Positions 12,301 through 25,198 of a stretch of DNA of 64,000 bases are shown piece by piece; the stretch's first letter is position 1; each line of letters starts with the position of its first letter. Source of the DNA: Felis catus (taxonomy: Eukaryota); the NCBI RefSeq assembly GCF_018350175.1, contig NC_058382.1, positions 57,662,001-57,726,000 on the forward strand, written 5' to 3'. A program made the translations under genes and the position numbers. The notes below the pieces were generated by a model. It had not been told where the DNA came from. It did not search any database and was given only the letters and a program-made list of their open reading frames with translations.

Positions 12301-14646
12301 GGAGCCCCCCGGGTATTTATTTAGTCTTGCCTCCCTTACGCAGTTCGCCAGCATCTGTTGCGTTCCTGTGTACAGTGTGGGCGTCAGTAAACGGAAAGCT
12401 GATGGCGTGGATGCTGCAGGGGTTTGAATGTGTCGACCCACACGTGGATGGCCACGGTCATCCACCCGCCTGTGCGTTCTGCCCCGGTTTACAGGGCCAC
12501 GCCCCTTTACGGTTTTATTTGCAACAAACCTGCCAGGTAGCCTTTCTCTTCCCATATTTCAGATGAGGACACCGAGGGTCAGAGGGGAAGTGGGTCTGTC
12601 CACCTCGAGCCAGGGCTGGATGGAGCCCAGCTCTCCCTGCCTCCAAAGCTCCAGATGGAGGTGTCCAGGCGCGGGGCGCGTCAGAGTGCCTGCGGGTTTG
12701 GGAACGCATGCGGGGGTCTCTTGGCCAGAGTGGGCATCTGCATACACTCCTGCTGGGGGAAGAGGCTCCTGACCTGAGCGCTGAGGGCTCGGCTCTGCGG
12801 CCCTGGGGAGACCCCCAGAGGGACAGTCAGAGCCTACCTTGCCCAGGGCTCGGCTGGTGGACAAGCCAGAAAAGGCTTAGCTGGTGCCCGCCCACTGAAG
12901 TCTAACTTGAACTGGACGTCTTTTGGGCAAAAGGTGAGTTACTGCTCCGGGCGAGAGAAGCGCCTGGGAGCCTGTGCAAATGCCTAGCTTGTCCTGCAAA
13001 GTGGGTTTGTGAACTTCCACCTTGAGCACTTGGGTGCCGTGTTCTGGCAGAATGACGTGACCCTGCCTTACCCCAGTGGGGTCTTCTAGGCTCACAGTTG
13101 GCCAGGTTGAGAGCTGAGGGTCCAGCAGCACGCGGTGAGGGGCACGCCTTCTTCTCCAGATAGACCGAGAGGCCTTCTGAGACTCTTGGTGTTTTGTGCA
13201 CCTGATTTTCTGTTTCTGCCTCTGATCTGGCTGCTTCTACATGGGTGTGGCAGGTGTCAGGCCATGCCACCTCCCTGCATTTTCACCCCTGGCACACACC
13301 TGGGCAGGAGGCCTCTTGGTCCCCAATTCACAGATGAGTAAACCAAGGCTCGGAGAGGTAAAGGTTGTGCCTCAGGACCCTTGGCTGGCTGGCTGGCTGG
13401 TTGGTTGCAGACGCTGTGCTCTTAGCTGCTGGGTCCTGCCTCCTTGAAGACAGTTCTCTGCCCAGCCGCTAACTCTCCCTCTGGACCTGACCCGAGATGT
13501 CGTATTGTCCGAGAGGGTTCCAGGTGAAAACTGTCGGCAGAGTTAAGCCCAAGCCCCAAGTTCCCAGTGACGTGCGCCCTGGGAGGAGAAAGAAGTCGAT
13601 TTTGATTTTTTGGTTTTTTTAACGGAGTCTCTTAAGACGTAGAAGTGGAACAGCAATGATGACATTTATAAGAATACCAGCACCTGGTACCGAAGCTTAG
13701 AATGAGCCAGATGTGCTCAGGGTTTTACATGGATGATCTCACTGCCTTCTTTATGAGGTGGGCACTGTCTTCCTTTTTACAAGAAGGAGACTGAGTCTCG
13801 GATGATTAAGGCATGTATACAACATGACGCAGCCAGGACAGGGGACAGCTGGCCCCCCTCCTCCCCCCCGCCCCCCCCCGGCTGGGCCCCCCTCCAGATC
13901 CTGGAGGAAGGTGTTCATCCAGTGGCTAGCCTGCTTGCTGCGGCTGGTCAGGGCCTCTCGTGCCGTGTGGGGTCGGGATCCCTGCCCGGGTTAAGGATGG
14001 GCCTGGAGAGGGGCTGTCCTGACCCAGGGCTCGGGCTCCACTCTGCTGACAGGTACCGGTGTCGCCATGCGGAGAACCCTGCTCTGGGACCCAGATCCGT
14101 GCTGGCTCCCAGAGCCCCATCTCTGGACTTGGTAACAGAGGGCCTGGGGCCTTGGCTCAAGTCCCACGCTCCGTCCCTCCCTCAAAGACCCCTCGTTGGG
14201 TCTCTGGCCTTTTGTAGGCTGCGTTTGAAAACCGTCTCCCGGAGGCAGGACCCTCAAATGCTGACCTCTTCGGCCTGTGGGAGCTGGAACATTTCTTGTC
14301 TCTGTCACCAGTGTAATTTACTACGTATGGGAGGTGCCTGTGTGTCTGCTTGCTCCAGACCTAGGAAGCTTTTTATTTTTTATTTTTTGTAAAGTCAGTG
14401 GTTTTTGATCAGTCCCAGATGTGCAAGCCCAGCATCACTCAACGGGGCTGATGGCTTGTCAAGCAAGGAAAATACAACACAGGCACCATTTCATTTTATC
14501 TTCCGTTAACGGAGTTGAGTAGATGGTCAGACCTTCACGGGATGGGGATTCCAAGCCTCTCATAAAGTCCTAAATGAAGCACGCTCTGTTCTGGAACAGG
14601 CAGGGTAGGACAGATCTGGGTGGTGGTTGGTAGGACTAGCCGTAAC

Positions 14647-15292
14647 CTTTTTGTTTTTCTTTCTTTCTTTTTTTGAGAGGCAGAGAGAGCACAAGCAGGG
14701 GAGGGGCAGAGAGAGAGAGGGAGACACAGAATCCAAAGCAGGCTCGCGGCTCTGAGCTGTCAGCAAAAAGCCCGACACGGGGCTCGAACCCATGAGCTGT
14801 GAGATCATGACCTGAGCTGAAGTTGGACGCTTAACCAACCGAGCCACCTAAGCACCCCTAAAATTTTTTTAAAACATTTATTTATTTTTGAGAGAGAGAC
14901 AGAGCGTGAGTGGGGGAGGGGCAGAGAGAGAGAGGGAGACACAGAATCGGAAGCAGGTTCCAGGCTCCGAGCTGTCAGCACAGAGCCTGACGCGGAACTT
15001 GAACTCGGGAATGGCGAGATCATGACCTGAGCTGAAATCGGGCGCTTAACCGACTGCGCCACCCAGGCGCCCCTGTTTGTTTGTTTTTTAATGTTTGTTT
15101 ATTTTTGAGACAGAGAGAGACAGAGCATGAACGGGGGAGGGGCAGAGAGAGAGGGAGACACAGAATCGGAAGCAGGCTCCAGGCTCTGGGCCATCAGCCC
15201 AGAGCCCGACGCGGGGCTCGAACTCACGGACCGCGAGATCGTGACCTGAGCTGAAGTCGGACGCTTAACCGACTGCGCCACCCAGGCGCCCC
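14647..15292 (-). mobile_element. Three head-to-tail CAN-SINEs (about 14647-14858, 14864-15073, 15074-15292)
   Basis: Three consecutive tail-body-head units. Confidence 0.92.
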
Positions 15293-15294
15293 AT

Positions 15295-15400
15295 AAAAAG
15301 CTCGTCCATGTTGTAGTGTGTGTCAGGCTCCATTCCTTTCAGTGGCTGAGTAATATTCCACTGCGTGGATGGACCACGTTTCATTTACCCATTCTCCCTT
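15295..15400 (-). mobile_element. Old L1 (L1M-type) 3' UTR fragment
   Basis: TCCATGTTGTAG...TTCCTTTCAGTGGCTGAGTAATATTCCACTG...GACCACGTTTCATTTACCCATTC is typical of L1M 3' ends. Confidence 0.7.
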
Positions 15401-15892
15401 CTTGGCTTCCTTCTTGAAGAAGCATCGACATAGGTCGTCTCGTTCCAGAATAGATCAGTGCCCTCCACGGTGGACACGGGGGAATCTGGCGTCTGGGTGT
15501 TTGGGGGGACGTGTTGACATTCCACCCGGGGTCACAGCAGCAACTGGCAGAGAATCCTGTCTGAGACTTTGTGCCCCAGCCTGTGCAACTGTGGGTGTTT
15601 GTGGACAGACACCCCTTGTCAAGGCTGCAAGGACAGACGGTTTCTTGTGGTTCAGCCCCAAGGAGATTTCTCTTCTCTGATTGTCTCGGGTGCTGTGTCA
15701 GCTTAGACAAAACCACGGGATCCGGGGGAAAAAGAAATTCCTAATGCGCATCGTGCAACCTCTGGACCATCACTTAAAAAATATTATAAATGATGAAATC
15801 CCACATTTTCAATCCAGATTTCTGGACCGCGTCCCGTTGTGAGTGCAGAAAGGCGGTATCCCAGAAGGAAAAAAGAACAGAACTTTCCAGTT

Positions 15893-16115
15893 CTTTTTTT
15901 TTTTTTTTTTTTAATGTTTGTTTATTTTTGAGAGAGACAGAGACAGAATGCAAGTGGGTTAGGGGCAGAGAGAGAGGGAGACACAGAATCGGAAGCAGGC
16001 TCCAGGCTCTGAGCTGTCAGCACAGAGCCCGATGCGGGGCTGGAACTCACGAGCTGTGAGATCGTGACCTGAGCCCAAGTCGGACGCTCTACCGACTGAG
16101 CCCCCCAGGCGCCCC
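15893..16115 (-). mobile_element. CAN-SINE
   Basis: Full element with degenerate TSD AGA(A/C)CTTTCC(A)GTTCT. Confidence 0.92.
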
Positions 16116-19100
16116 TAGACCTTTCCGTTCTGTTTGTAGTCAGGTGGTCCTGGGAGCATTGAGCCTGCTCTCAAGTTCTCCTGGACTGGAAAGAGCCTTC
16201 TCTGATCTCTCTGGGATTGGGACCTTGCTGGCATCTGCTGGGACTGACTTGATCAGAGCCTGAGAGATCCTTCTGGAACAGACACAGGGAAAAGTGACAG
16301 CGCCCCCGGCAGAGGGACCGTGTGTCTGTGCAAAGGCCTGGGGATGGGGAAGGGCCAGGCACCTAGGGAAAATGGTGAGAAGTCTGGTGTGGCTTGGGAA
16401 TCTAAGCATCAGGCCGGGTGGCCCGGTGTCTCCCTGCAGGCGGCCTGAGCTGTACTGAGTTTGAACTTCCTGCTACAGGCTGCAGGGCGTGCAGTTCGGA
16501 GCAGATCACTGTGAAATGGACAGTGTTCCCCAAAGTGGGGGGTGCCGTCCCTACTGGTCCCCAAGGTGACTCAGCCTGTGCACAGACCCAGCAGCCAAGG
16601 CCCCCCCATCCAGGAGCTGTCCTTTGCAGTCAGGGCGAATGTGGGTGATGCTGTCTGCCCCTAACGTCTGCCCAGCACCCTGCTCCCCTTTACGGCAAAC
16701 ACAGAGCACCCCGGGCGTCAGCGCTTGGGGCTGGCGTTCATGCCCAGCTGGGAGGACCTTGTTTTCTGATTTCCACACGTTACGTTTTACTCCTCCCCTC
16801 CAGTCAAGGCAGAATTGATCGTGTTCTTTGTAGGTGGTGGCGACCGAAAATTCCCCTTTACTGGTATGTTGCTGCGAACCCTCCATGCGGGCCATCTCGA
16901 GGAAAAATACAAAATACGGCCCAGCGCGGGTAGCCGGTGGGAAGGTGGGGCAGAGCTGGGGAACGGGGTCTGCCGAGGATTGGAGTCTGGGGAATGCTGA
17001 ATTAGTTTAAGGTGGGGCACGGGATTTGAGACCGTTACAGTCTGGGGCAGCGGCTGGGGGGCGTGGGGCCAGCAATCTGTGTCCTAACGGTGCTCTCTGC
17101 TGCAGGCCTGAACGCGGGACGTCCCGCCCTAGAAAGCGGGTGAAGCCTGGCTCTGGGGCGCCAGCCCAGAGGCCGGGTGGGGATGGCCGGCTAGTGGGGG
17201 TGGGTGGTGTGGAGCCGCGTGGAAGGTTCTGTTTCGGGGCGCCCGGTGCGACCGGAGGGAGCTCACACGGCCAGACGGGAGGAAGAGCCCTTGGGGGCCG
17301 GTGCGGCCACCTCCCTGCAAGGTCCAGAGGCCCCCTTGGCAAGTTCTCGGCAGACTCCTAGCTTTTCTTCCGGAAGAAGGCTCGGCTTGGTGGCACTCAT
17401 TGCTCTGGGGCCGGAGCGAGTGCCCTGGGGATTCTGGCACCTTCCTTCAGGGCACATGTGGGGCCCTGTGTGCCTCGGAGCTTTCGAAGCACGGCTGTGT
17501 GTGAGCCCCACACGCCCCCTCTGAAACAATGAGCCGTTCCCTGGACGGCCCCGAAAACGTGTCTGCGTGTGTGTGTATCGGCCGCTGCCCTTCCCGCCCC
17601 CAGACCGGCTCCGACACAGCCCGTCTGTTCTCCTGGGGGGAAGCGCCTGGCCGCTGAAAACCCTGTTTATTCCCGGGAACCTTCAAGGCTCGGGCGTCAC
17701 TGGCACCAAAGGTATTTTCAGCTTTGGCGTCGCTGGACAAAGTGCCCTCTCAGACTTGGGATGAACTGCGCCCTGTCTGCGAGAGTCTGTGTCTGGTCCA
17801 AGTGGGAGGCCCCAGCCGGCCGCCGGGTTTCATCCGGGCTCCGCTCTGAAGGGCTGTCAGAGGCCAGGCCCTGGAGGGGCCCCTGCCCTGCGACCTCCCC
17901 CCCACCCCCCCACCCCGCCCTGCCCCGGGGGCAGCTGCCGCTCAGGGCTTCCTTGATCCATTCTTCAAACAGAAGCCAGAGCGATTTCAAACTTAAAAAA
18001 AAAAAAAAAGTTTCCTTAAAGTTTCACAAGGCAGAGAGGAATGCACACCCCTTCGTGGGCTGTGCTGGGGGGGGGGACTTTTCCCAGAGTGCTTGGGCTG
18101 GCCGCCCGCCCCAGGGCAGAGCCTGACCAGCCCCAGGCCCCTCCCATGGCCCCGCCCCCAGGGGCCACCGTTTCCAGACCTCTGATGCCTTAGGTTGGTC
18201 TTGCCTGGTTTTGAACTTGACGTGAACAGCACCCCCGTTTCCCCCCAGCTCCGCGGGCTTTGTGCCTGTCCTCGGTCATGCCGAGACGGTGACCGTCCCT
18301 GAGGCTTTGTCCCTGTGGTCCCTGCTGTGTGGCGTTCCCTTGCCTTGAGAGTTCAGCGGGACCTTGCCGTCCACCGCACCAGAGTGGCCCCGTCCCCTCC
18401 TGTGCCGAACGTTACCATCCCCATTCTCCAAGCCGCGTCCTCACGCCTTTCTTAACTGTCTGTCGTGATGTCTCCTCCGGTTCTCGAGGGCAGACTGCCT
18501 TGTGCGCCTCGACTATCCCAAGGACTCTGTGGCCCCCTGAGGGCCTGCCCTGGGACTTTCATCTGCAGGGCAGTGTGGAGATTCCGCAGCCTGGTGCCGT
18601 AAGACTCTCGTGCCCGGTGTCTTTGAGCTTGGTCCAGAGCCGGGGGCTGTGACTCGCCCTCACAGATGTCACCCGACAGCAGTGAATCGTGCATGTCGGG
18701 CAGGAGGCTGGGCAGGTGCCCCGTGGCCTGTAGCAGAAATGATCTGAGATGCCTGAATCCACCCGGGAGGAGAAAGCAAAGACACGGTCGGTCGGTCGGT
18801 CGGTAGATACCCCTGGAGCCACTATTCTTCTCCTCTTCTTACCCTCTATCCTCTCTCCCTGGGAGAAATTCAGGGCCTCATTGTCCCCCTGAGGAATCGA
18901 GACTCAGAGGTTGAGGGACCTTTTGGGCAGCACGGGGCTCCGCAGGGGGGAGTCACCGTTCGAACCCGGGTCTCACCCCACGTCCACACTTTTCCACACT
19001 GCCCTCGGGCGGTCCTTGCCTGCTTGTCCTTGGGGGCCGGAGGCTCCCTGCCATTTATCTGAGGCTTTGCTAAATATTCGCGTGTGTACGAGAAGGCAGA

Positions 19101-20084
19101 CGAGGGGCCCCAGGAGTCAAGGACAGGGGATTTGGAGAATATAGCATTTTATTGTCTACTCGCTTTAAAATGGCTCTTGGTTGACGTTGAACACTCCTGA
19201 TTTTTAGTTTCTTTTTTTGCAAAATGAGTTCTCTCTTTGTCCAGGATTTTGTGTGTTCTCGGCATAGTGTTAAAAAGATTGAATGGGGTTTCTTGTAGGA
19301 TCTTGTCGGCCCCTGGGTTGAGGACAGCCCAGGGCTGGGGGCAGGGTGACTGCAGGGGAGGGCACAGGCCTGTTCCCGCTGTGTCCAGCCCTGATCCTGT
19401 GGAGAAGAGTTTAAGAAACACTGACTGGATCCTGCAGAGGACGAGACCCCCCCCCCCACCCCGCTTTCCCCCCTCCACGGCCCGGGGTGTCTGGTGTTCA
19501 CCCAGACGCTCTTCCCTGGAGGTTCTGGCCCGTTCTGGGATTTGCCCCAGACACGCCGGGGCATCCCTCCTCCCCACTCCCAGCCACCACTCCATTCCTA
19601 GAATTTTGGGTGGTTTGTGGGTATGACTGGGATCTGCCCTTGGCCTTAGTCACATTTTGAGTTCTTTGTGCTTCTGAGAAAGAGCAGGGCCTGGGGCCCC
19701 CCGGGCCTGTCGGGTTAGCTGCTGTCCCGTTGGGCCGGTATGTCACTGAGTGAGTCCGGCTGGCACGGGCCGGGGGCTAGAGGTGCCCTGCCGGGCGGGA
19801 GAGCCGCCCCGACGGCCAGGGTGGGCCAGAGACCAGGGCGCGACGGGCGTTCTGTGTTGACTGCGGAGCAAGTGGCTCGTGTGGGAGCCTCCGGCCCCTC
19901 GCGCATCAGACGGGGCCGACGACCGCGGTGATCCCATCGGCCTGCGGAGTACGGGGAGTGGGGGACCCGCCACCCTGCGCCGCCCCGTGCGCGCTCCCCG
20001 GCTGTTGGCTGTGGTACTTGGGATAACTGTTTGTGGGACAGTTAAGACCCGCTGGGGTGTGAGGGGGAACGAGGCTCAGTGCCA

Positions 20085-20705
20085 GCCGGCATCGTGCTGG
20101 AACCGGCTCGTGACGTTTTGTTAAATTTCCAGAAAGGTCGTGAGCCAGTTAAACACAGCCATCGTCAAACTTCAAATTACATAAACCTACAGTTGAATGA
20201 GTCCTGTTGAAAACGAGGCTAATAAAAACTCAGAACTTCCCTGTTATCTCTGCCCGTGAGGTTCTTAGTGTCTGTCCCGTCTCTTTGATGGAAAGACCAC
20301 GTGCTGCTGTGCTAGCTTGAGACTTTCCAGAAATCCCATGTCCAGTGACCTCACACGGGCTGCTTGAAATTGGCCACAGTGGGAATGTTTATACCAAGGG
20401 AACTGGCAAACAGTACTTATCAGGGTGAATTCTAAGAAAACGTTTTTTGATGTTTATTTTTGAGAAGGGGAAGGGACAGAGCATGAATGGGGGAGGGGCA
20501 GAGAGGGAGGGAGATACAGAATTTGAAGCGGGATCCAGGCTCCGAGCCGTCAGCACAGAGCCCGACGCGGGGCTTGAACCCACAAACCGTGAGATCGTGA
20601 CCTGAGCCGAAGTCGGACGCTCCACCGACGGCGCCCCCCCGCTGAATTTTTTTTTTTTTTTTTTTTTTGAGTGTCGGTTGTTAGACATTTATCCACACAC
20701 GCTGG
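20085..20705 (+). mobile_element. MER63-type hAT DNA transposon relic, interrupted by a minus-strand CAN-SINE at about 20443-20640
   Basis: GTGCTGGAACCGGCTCGTG...GTTAAATTTCCAG...GAGCCAGTTAAACACAGCCAT...GCTTGAAATTGGCCAC; the terminal GGTTGTTAGACATTTATCCACACACGCTG follows the SINE. Confidence 0.72.
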
Positions 20706-20959
20706 TTCCAGCCCTCAAGAAGCACACGGTCCAGCTGGAGAGGCAAATGGTACCAGCAGGCACAACATGACCACACGGGGTGATGAGGTCTAGGGCTTCT
20801 TAACTCAGCCAAGGCTGGGCCCTGGAAGGGGGTGGAGCTTCGTGGCAGTCCGGGCAACGTGACTGGGTCATTGTCAATTGGAATGACCGTGTACCTATGT
20901 ACAGGCAGTTCCCGGCCAGATAGTCAACATTAATGCCCAGACTGGGCTCATTTTAATTT

Positions 20960-21058
20960 TTAAAAGTTTGAAGTAGGCTCCACACCCAGCCTGGGGCCTG
21001 AACTCATGACCCCAGGATCAAGGGTCGTGTGCTCTACCGACTGAGCCAGCCAGGCTCC
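20960..21058 (-). mobile_element. Short older CAN-SINE
   Basis: GTAGGCTCCACACCCAGC...GAACTCATGACCCCAGGATCAAG...CTCTACCGACTGAGCCAGCCAGG. Confidence 0.8.
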
Positions 21059-21729
21059 AGACCTGGCTCGTGATGGCTTGGAACCTGCTTACCCAGAAAG
21101 CCGGGAGAAAGTGGTCACGGCTCAAGGCACGTACTGAGTAAAGTGTGTTTCAAACTCGGGGGAGAGTTTTTGACCCCCACAAGCATCACACACGTAATGC
21201 AATTTTCCAAAATCAGGTTTCGCGCGTCAAGGCAGAGGCGGGGCTTTGAAATAGTGCAGTGAAGTCACAAAGAGAGAACAGTACTCCATTCCCCATTATT
21301 GATCCCATCCTTCTAGAAACTTCCCCAAGCGATGCTCTGTGGCACATTGAGCATCGTCGTCGTCATGATAATAGGGAACGCGTACGAGGCGCTCAGGTTC
21401 GTTGTCTCATTCGTTGCTCAGCACACGGCTCATCCCATGGCCCCAACCAGGCCAGGGGGGTGAAGCCCTGCTCCTCAGCGAGCACTCAGGTGAGAGGCCG
21501 CCGCCTTCTGGAAGCCTCCTGGCGCGTCAGCACGTCCGCAGACCTGTCCGGCTTGCTCACCGCTGACTCGCCAGTGTCAGACAAGCCCCGTCGTTCCCCT
21601 CTGCCCTGTGGACGTGGCCTCTGGGGCCCCGAGAAGCTACATGCCCGGGCTGCGGGGGACGACCGAGAAGCCAGCGCCACACGGAGGCCTTATACGGCTC
21701 TTCTGATCTCGTCGGGAGGAGGAGACCCA

Positions 21730-21960
21730 CACATTCACTCCACAAATATTTATGGAGCACCGACCTGTCTGATGTCGGCGGTTCAGCGGCAAATGAGCCT
21801 GACGGGTCCCGGGGTGTGTGATTCAGCAGTGACCCCGGAGCTGAGTCTTTACCGAAAGAGCAGACGTGAATGTGCCTGGCCTGGGCCGGGCGGGGCGGGG
21901 GGGGGGGCAGGTCGGGGCCTGGGGATGAGCTGTGGGAACAGCATGTGCAGGAGGGAAGAG
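21730..21960. mobile_element. L2 3' fragment
   Basis: CATTCACTCCACAAATATTTATGGAGCACC...GAGCTGAGTCTT...GGGAACAGCATGTGCA are L2 hallmarks. Confidence 0.6.
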
Positions 21961-22271
21961 CTTGGCGCCTCTCGCGGCTGACTGCTGACAAGCCCAGCGC
22001 GGAGATTCATCTTCCTGGCAGGCTTTCCCAAACACGGCGGAGGCAGCCCCCGAGGGTGACGCACGGAATCCGGAGCAAGCCCTCTTTCTCTCACTGGCTC
22101 CCGAGAGGCGGGTTTGGGGGAGGGGGGCGGCCTTGCCCGGGAGGTGACCGTGAGGGCACCCCGTTGCTGGGTCGGGAACACAAGGGTCTGCTGATCCCCT
22201 ACAGGTGCACAGAGCCCTGGCGGGGTGGCGTGTGGGTTTCAGGGCCCCTACCGCGGCCGCAGCCGTGTGTT

Positions 22272-22482
22272 GGGCCTGGGTGGCTCAGTCCGTTAAGCTT
22301 CTGACTTCAGCTCCGGTCATGATCTCGCGGTTCGCGAGTTCAAGCCCCAAGTGGGGCTCTGGGCTGACGGCTCTGAGCCTGGAGCCCGCTTCGGATTCTG
22401 TGTCTCCCTCTCTCTCTCTGCTCCTCCCCCACTCGCCCTCTGTCTCTCTCAAAAATAAATAAAAACATTAAGGGAAAAAAAA
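22272..22482 (+). mobile_element. CAN-SINE, forward
   Basis: GGGCCTGGGTGGCTCAGTCCGTTAAGC...CTCTCAAAAATAAATAAAAACATTAA. Confidence 0.92.
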
Positions 22483-23764
22483 GGAAGTTCCCCCAAGCTT
22501 TCAGAAAGCTGGTTGTCACGGCTTGGCTCCCTCCCTAACTGGCTGCCTCACAGACGCCCGGCAGGGTCTCCCGGACTCGGTTTTACTTTCTGTAAAGGGG
22601 GGTGGGAAACAGCCACCTCCCTGACGGACTCCAGATGCATTTAAGAGCTCCGGGCAGTGTTGTGGGAATTTGATCCCTGCGACTTCCCTCTGCCAGGCTG
22701 GGGTCTTGCCGTCCGTCTCCCTCCCCGCCTCCCCCGCTGGCCTGACATCCGGTATGTTCTCGTGAGACCTCGGTGCCACTCTTACTCGCACCCTCACGGG
22801 CTTGGTTCTGCGACTGCGGCCAGGGAGAGCCGTAGCTTCCGGAGGGTGCTTCTGCTGGGCTGGGCAGCCGTCCCCAACGCGTGGCTCAAGCCGTGGGAAC
22901 AGGCCAGGGATGACAGAATGGAGCAGAACTTTTCTAGAAACAAGGTTTGCCCTTAGCAACCCCGGGAGAATCAGGGGTCCGCATCAGAGAGCATCTGTCC
23001 GTGCCAGGGGGTCGGAGGTCAGCTTGGCATGGGGCCATCAAGGGCACATTGGCAGATGGAGGTTGGCTGGCCACCAGAGCTGGTGATGGAGGTGCATTTT
23101 GGTGAAGGGTCACCGTGATGTAAAGGTTTTAGTCCCCTGGGGGGTGACACATGGGCGCCTTCTCATGGCCAGGAACCACTGTCAGACCCAGAGGCCAGTG
23201 GAAAGAGGGTTGTAAGTTGAGGCTGGGCTGTCGCGGGGCCTGTCCCTGGCAGGGTGGGGCCGGAAACTCCTCCAGGAAGCCCACCCTCGGGGAGGCAGGG
23301 CAGCGCAAGGGAAGGGCTGTGTCCCAAGCCCACGGCGTCTGCTCCCCTGTTGTATGACTTTGGGTACTTCTGAAACCCCAGAGGCCTCAGTCTCCTCCCC
23401 TGTGAAATGGGCGCAGTAGAGCCCAAACCCCTGGCTCATCGGGTGGGTAAGACGAGTCGTCGAGAGGTAGGTCTCATCAGCGTCAGCCTCCTGGGTCGGT
23501 CGGGGAGCGCGCCTGTCACCGGGAAGCCGCAAGCAGCCTTGGACAGCGCACGTGTCTCGTTTGAAAAACCGGTTTAATTTTTTGATTGTGGGTGGGAGAC
23601 TCAGTTGTGATTTGAGCTATCGGGGCCGCAGAGGCCGGATGCCGCGCACGGGCCCCGGGAAGTGGGGCTCGGTCTCCTGATTTCCGTGCCCCCCTTGCCT
23701 CCTTCCGTGCAGCGGCCGGCGGGAAATCAGGAACGCAGTCCCCTTCATCCATTTATTGCCTGGT

Positions 23765-24080
23765 GCACACGTGTGAGGTTGCCACAGCAGCCGTGACCAG
23801 GCCTCACCGGCCAGCGGCTCCAACAACAGTTCTCGCGTTCTGGAGGCTCGGGGTCCGAGGCCCCGGTGTGGGCCGGGTGGGTTTCTCCCGGGGCCTCTCT
23901 CCGTGGCTGTCTGCTTCCTCATTCCTTCTCTTATGATGACAGCAGTCAGATTGGGTCAGGGTCCGCCTAGTGACCTCGTCTGAACTTCATGACCTCTTTA
24001 AAGCCCTGCCTCGAAGCACAGCCACACTCTGAGGTGCCGGGGGTGTCAGCATGTGTATCTGGGGACAGAGCCACAGCTCT
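23765..24080 (-). mobile_element. MLT1 LTR
   Basis: TTCTCGCGTTCTGGAGGCT...CTCTTATGATGACAGCAGTCAGATTGG...CAGCCACACTCTGAGGTGCCGGGGGT. Confidence 0.75.
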
Positions 24081-24344
24081 CCTGTCCCTGTGGTTCCCCT
24101 GCAGCACAGGCTTTGCTGGAGCATCAGGACCCGGGCCTTGCCCCTCCCCAGTGGGGACCCCCAGGCCCCCCGAGCTCCGGCAAGGCCCAAACACCTTCAG
24201 AACCAACAGTGCCCTGGGCATGCTGCCCACGAGGTGCTGTGAGTGGCCCAACCTGGGGCAAGTCTGCATCTCCCGGGCACGGATTCTCATGGGGGCCAGG
24301 CAGAGAAGGACCAGCCTATGAGCCCTGGGCACAGGAGGCCCCAT

Positions 24345-24564
24345 TCTTTTTTTTTTTTTTCTTTTTCTTTAACGTGTATTTATTTTTGAGAGATAGAGTG
24401 TCAGCAGGGGAGGGGCAGAGAGAGAGGGAGACACCGAATGCGAAGCGGGCTCCAGGCTGCGAGCTGTGAGCGCAGAGCCTGATGCAGGGGTTGAGGTCAT
24501 GACCCGTGAGATCCTGACCTGAGCCAAAGTCGGACGCTCCACCCACTGAGCCACCCAGGCTCCC
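24345..24564 (-). mobile_element. CAN-SINE
   Basis: Full reverse element. Confidence 0.92.
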
Positions 24565-25156
24565 CGCTACAACTTACTTATCTAACCCGACGTCGTATTT
24601 GGGATTTGTTTATGCTGACGCTCCCACGGCCATGGGTCGTTCCTTTTGCCCTGCTGTGTGATCCTGGGACCCAGTGCCCCACGGTGTGTTTACCTGTCCC
24701 TGTGGGGGAGTCATTTGAGTGGGGCCCCCAGGTGATTTGACCCTACCCGGGCTTCGGGCGAGTCACGGTTGATTCATACGAGCAATTCACGCCTCGCGCC
24801 TGCGGGGGCGCCCTGGCCCTCGAGCTGCCGGGACGCACAGACCCGGTGCGGTCGTGACGCCCGGTGGCCGCTCTGTGACGTCGGTCTCTGCTCTCAGTCC
24901 GTCCGATGGCAGTCTCCAGGGTCAGCATCTTGGCATCTCTGTCAGCCGGCCTTCTGCAGCTGGGAAATGTTCATATATGGTGACGCCACTAACCCGGGAG
25001 GGAGGTCGGGACCCCGGGGGTCTGCGTTACTGGACTGATGTGCCGTCCGGTCTCCGGGGCTCTGCCCCAGAGGGAACTCCCTGGGAGCGAAAGATCCAGA
25101 GAGAGCCGGGCCTCCCTGCTGGATGGTGGCTATTTTTGTCTGCAGCAAGGCTCGGT

Positions 25157-25198
25157 CAGGACCCTGGAGAGTTTCCAGGACCCTGGAGAGTTTCCAGG
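25157..25198. repeat. 19-bp perfect tandem duplication
   Basis: CAGGACCCTGGAGAGTTTC x2 + CAGG. Confidence 0.95.

Noticed and set aside
14560..15281. Recurring small ORF family MAQSVKRPTSAQV...
   Set aside because: These are translations of CAN-SINE copies, not a gene family.
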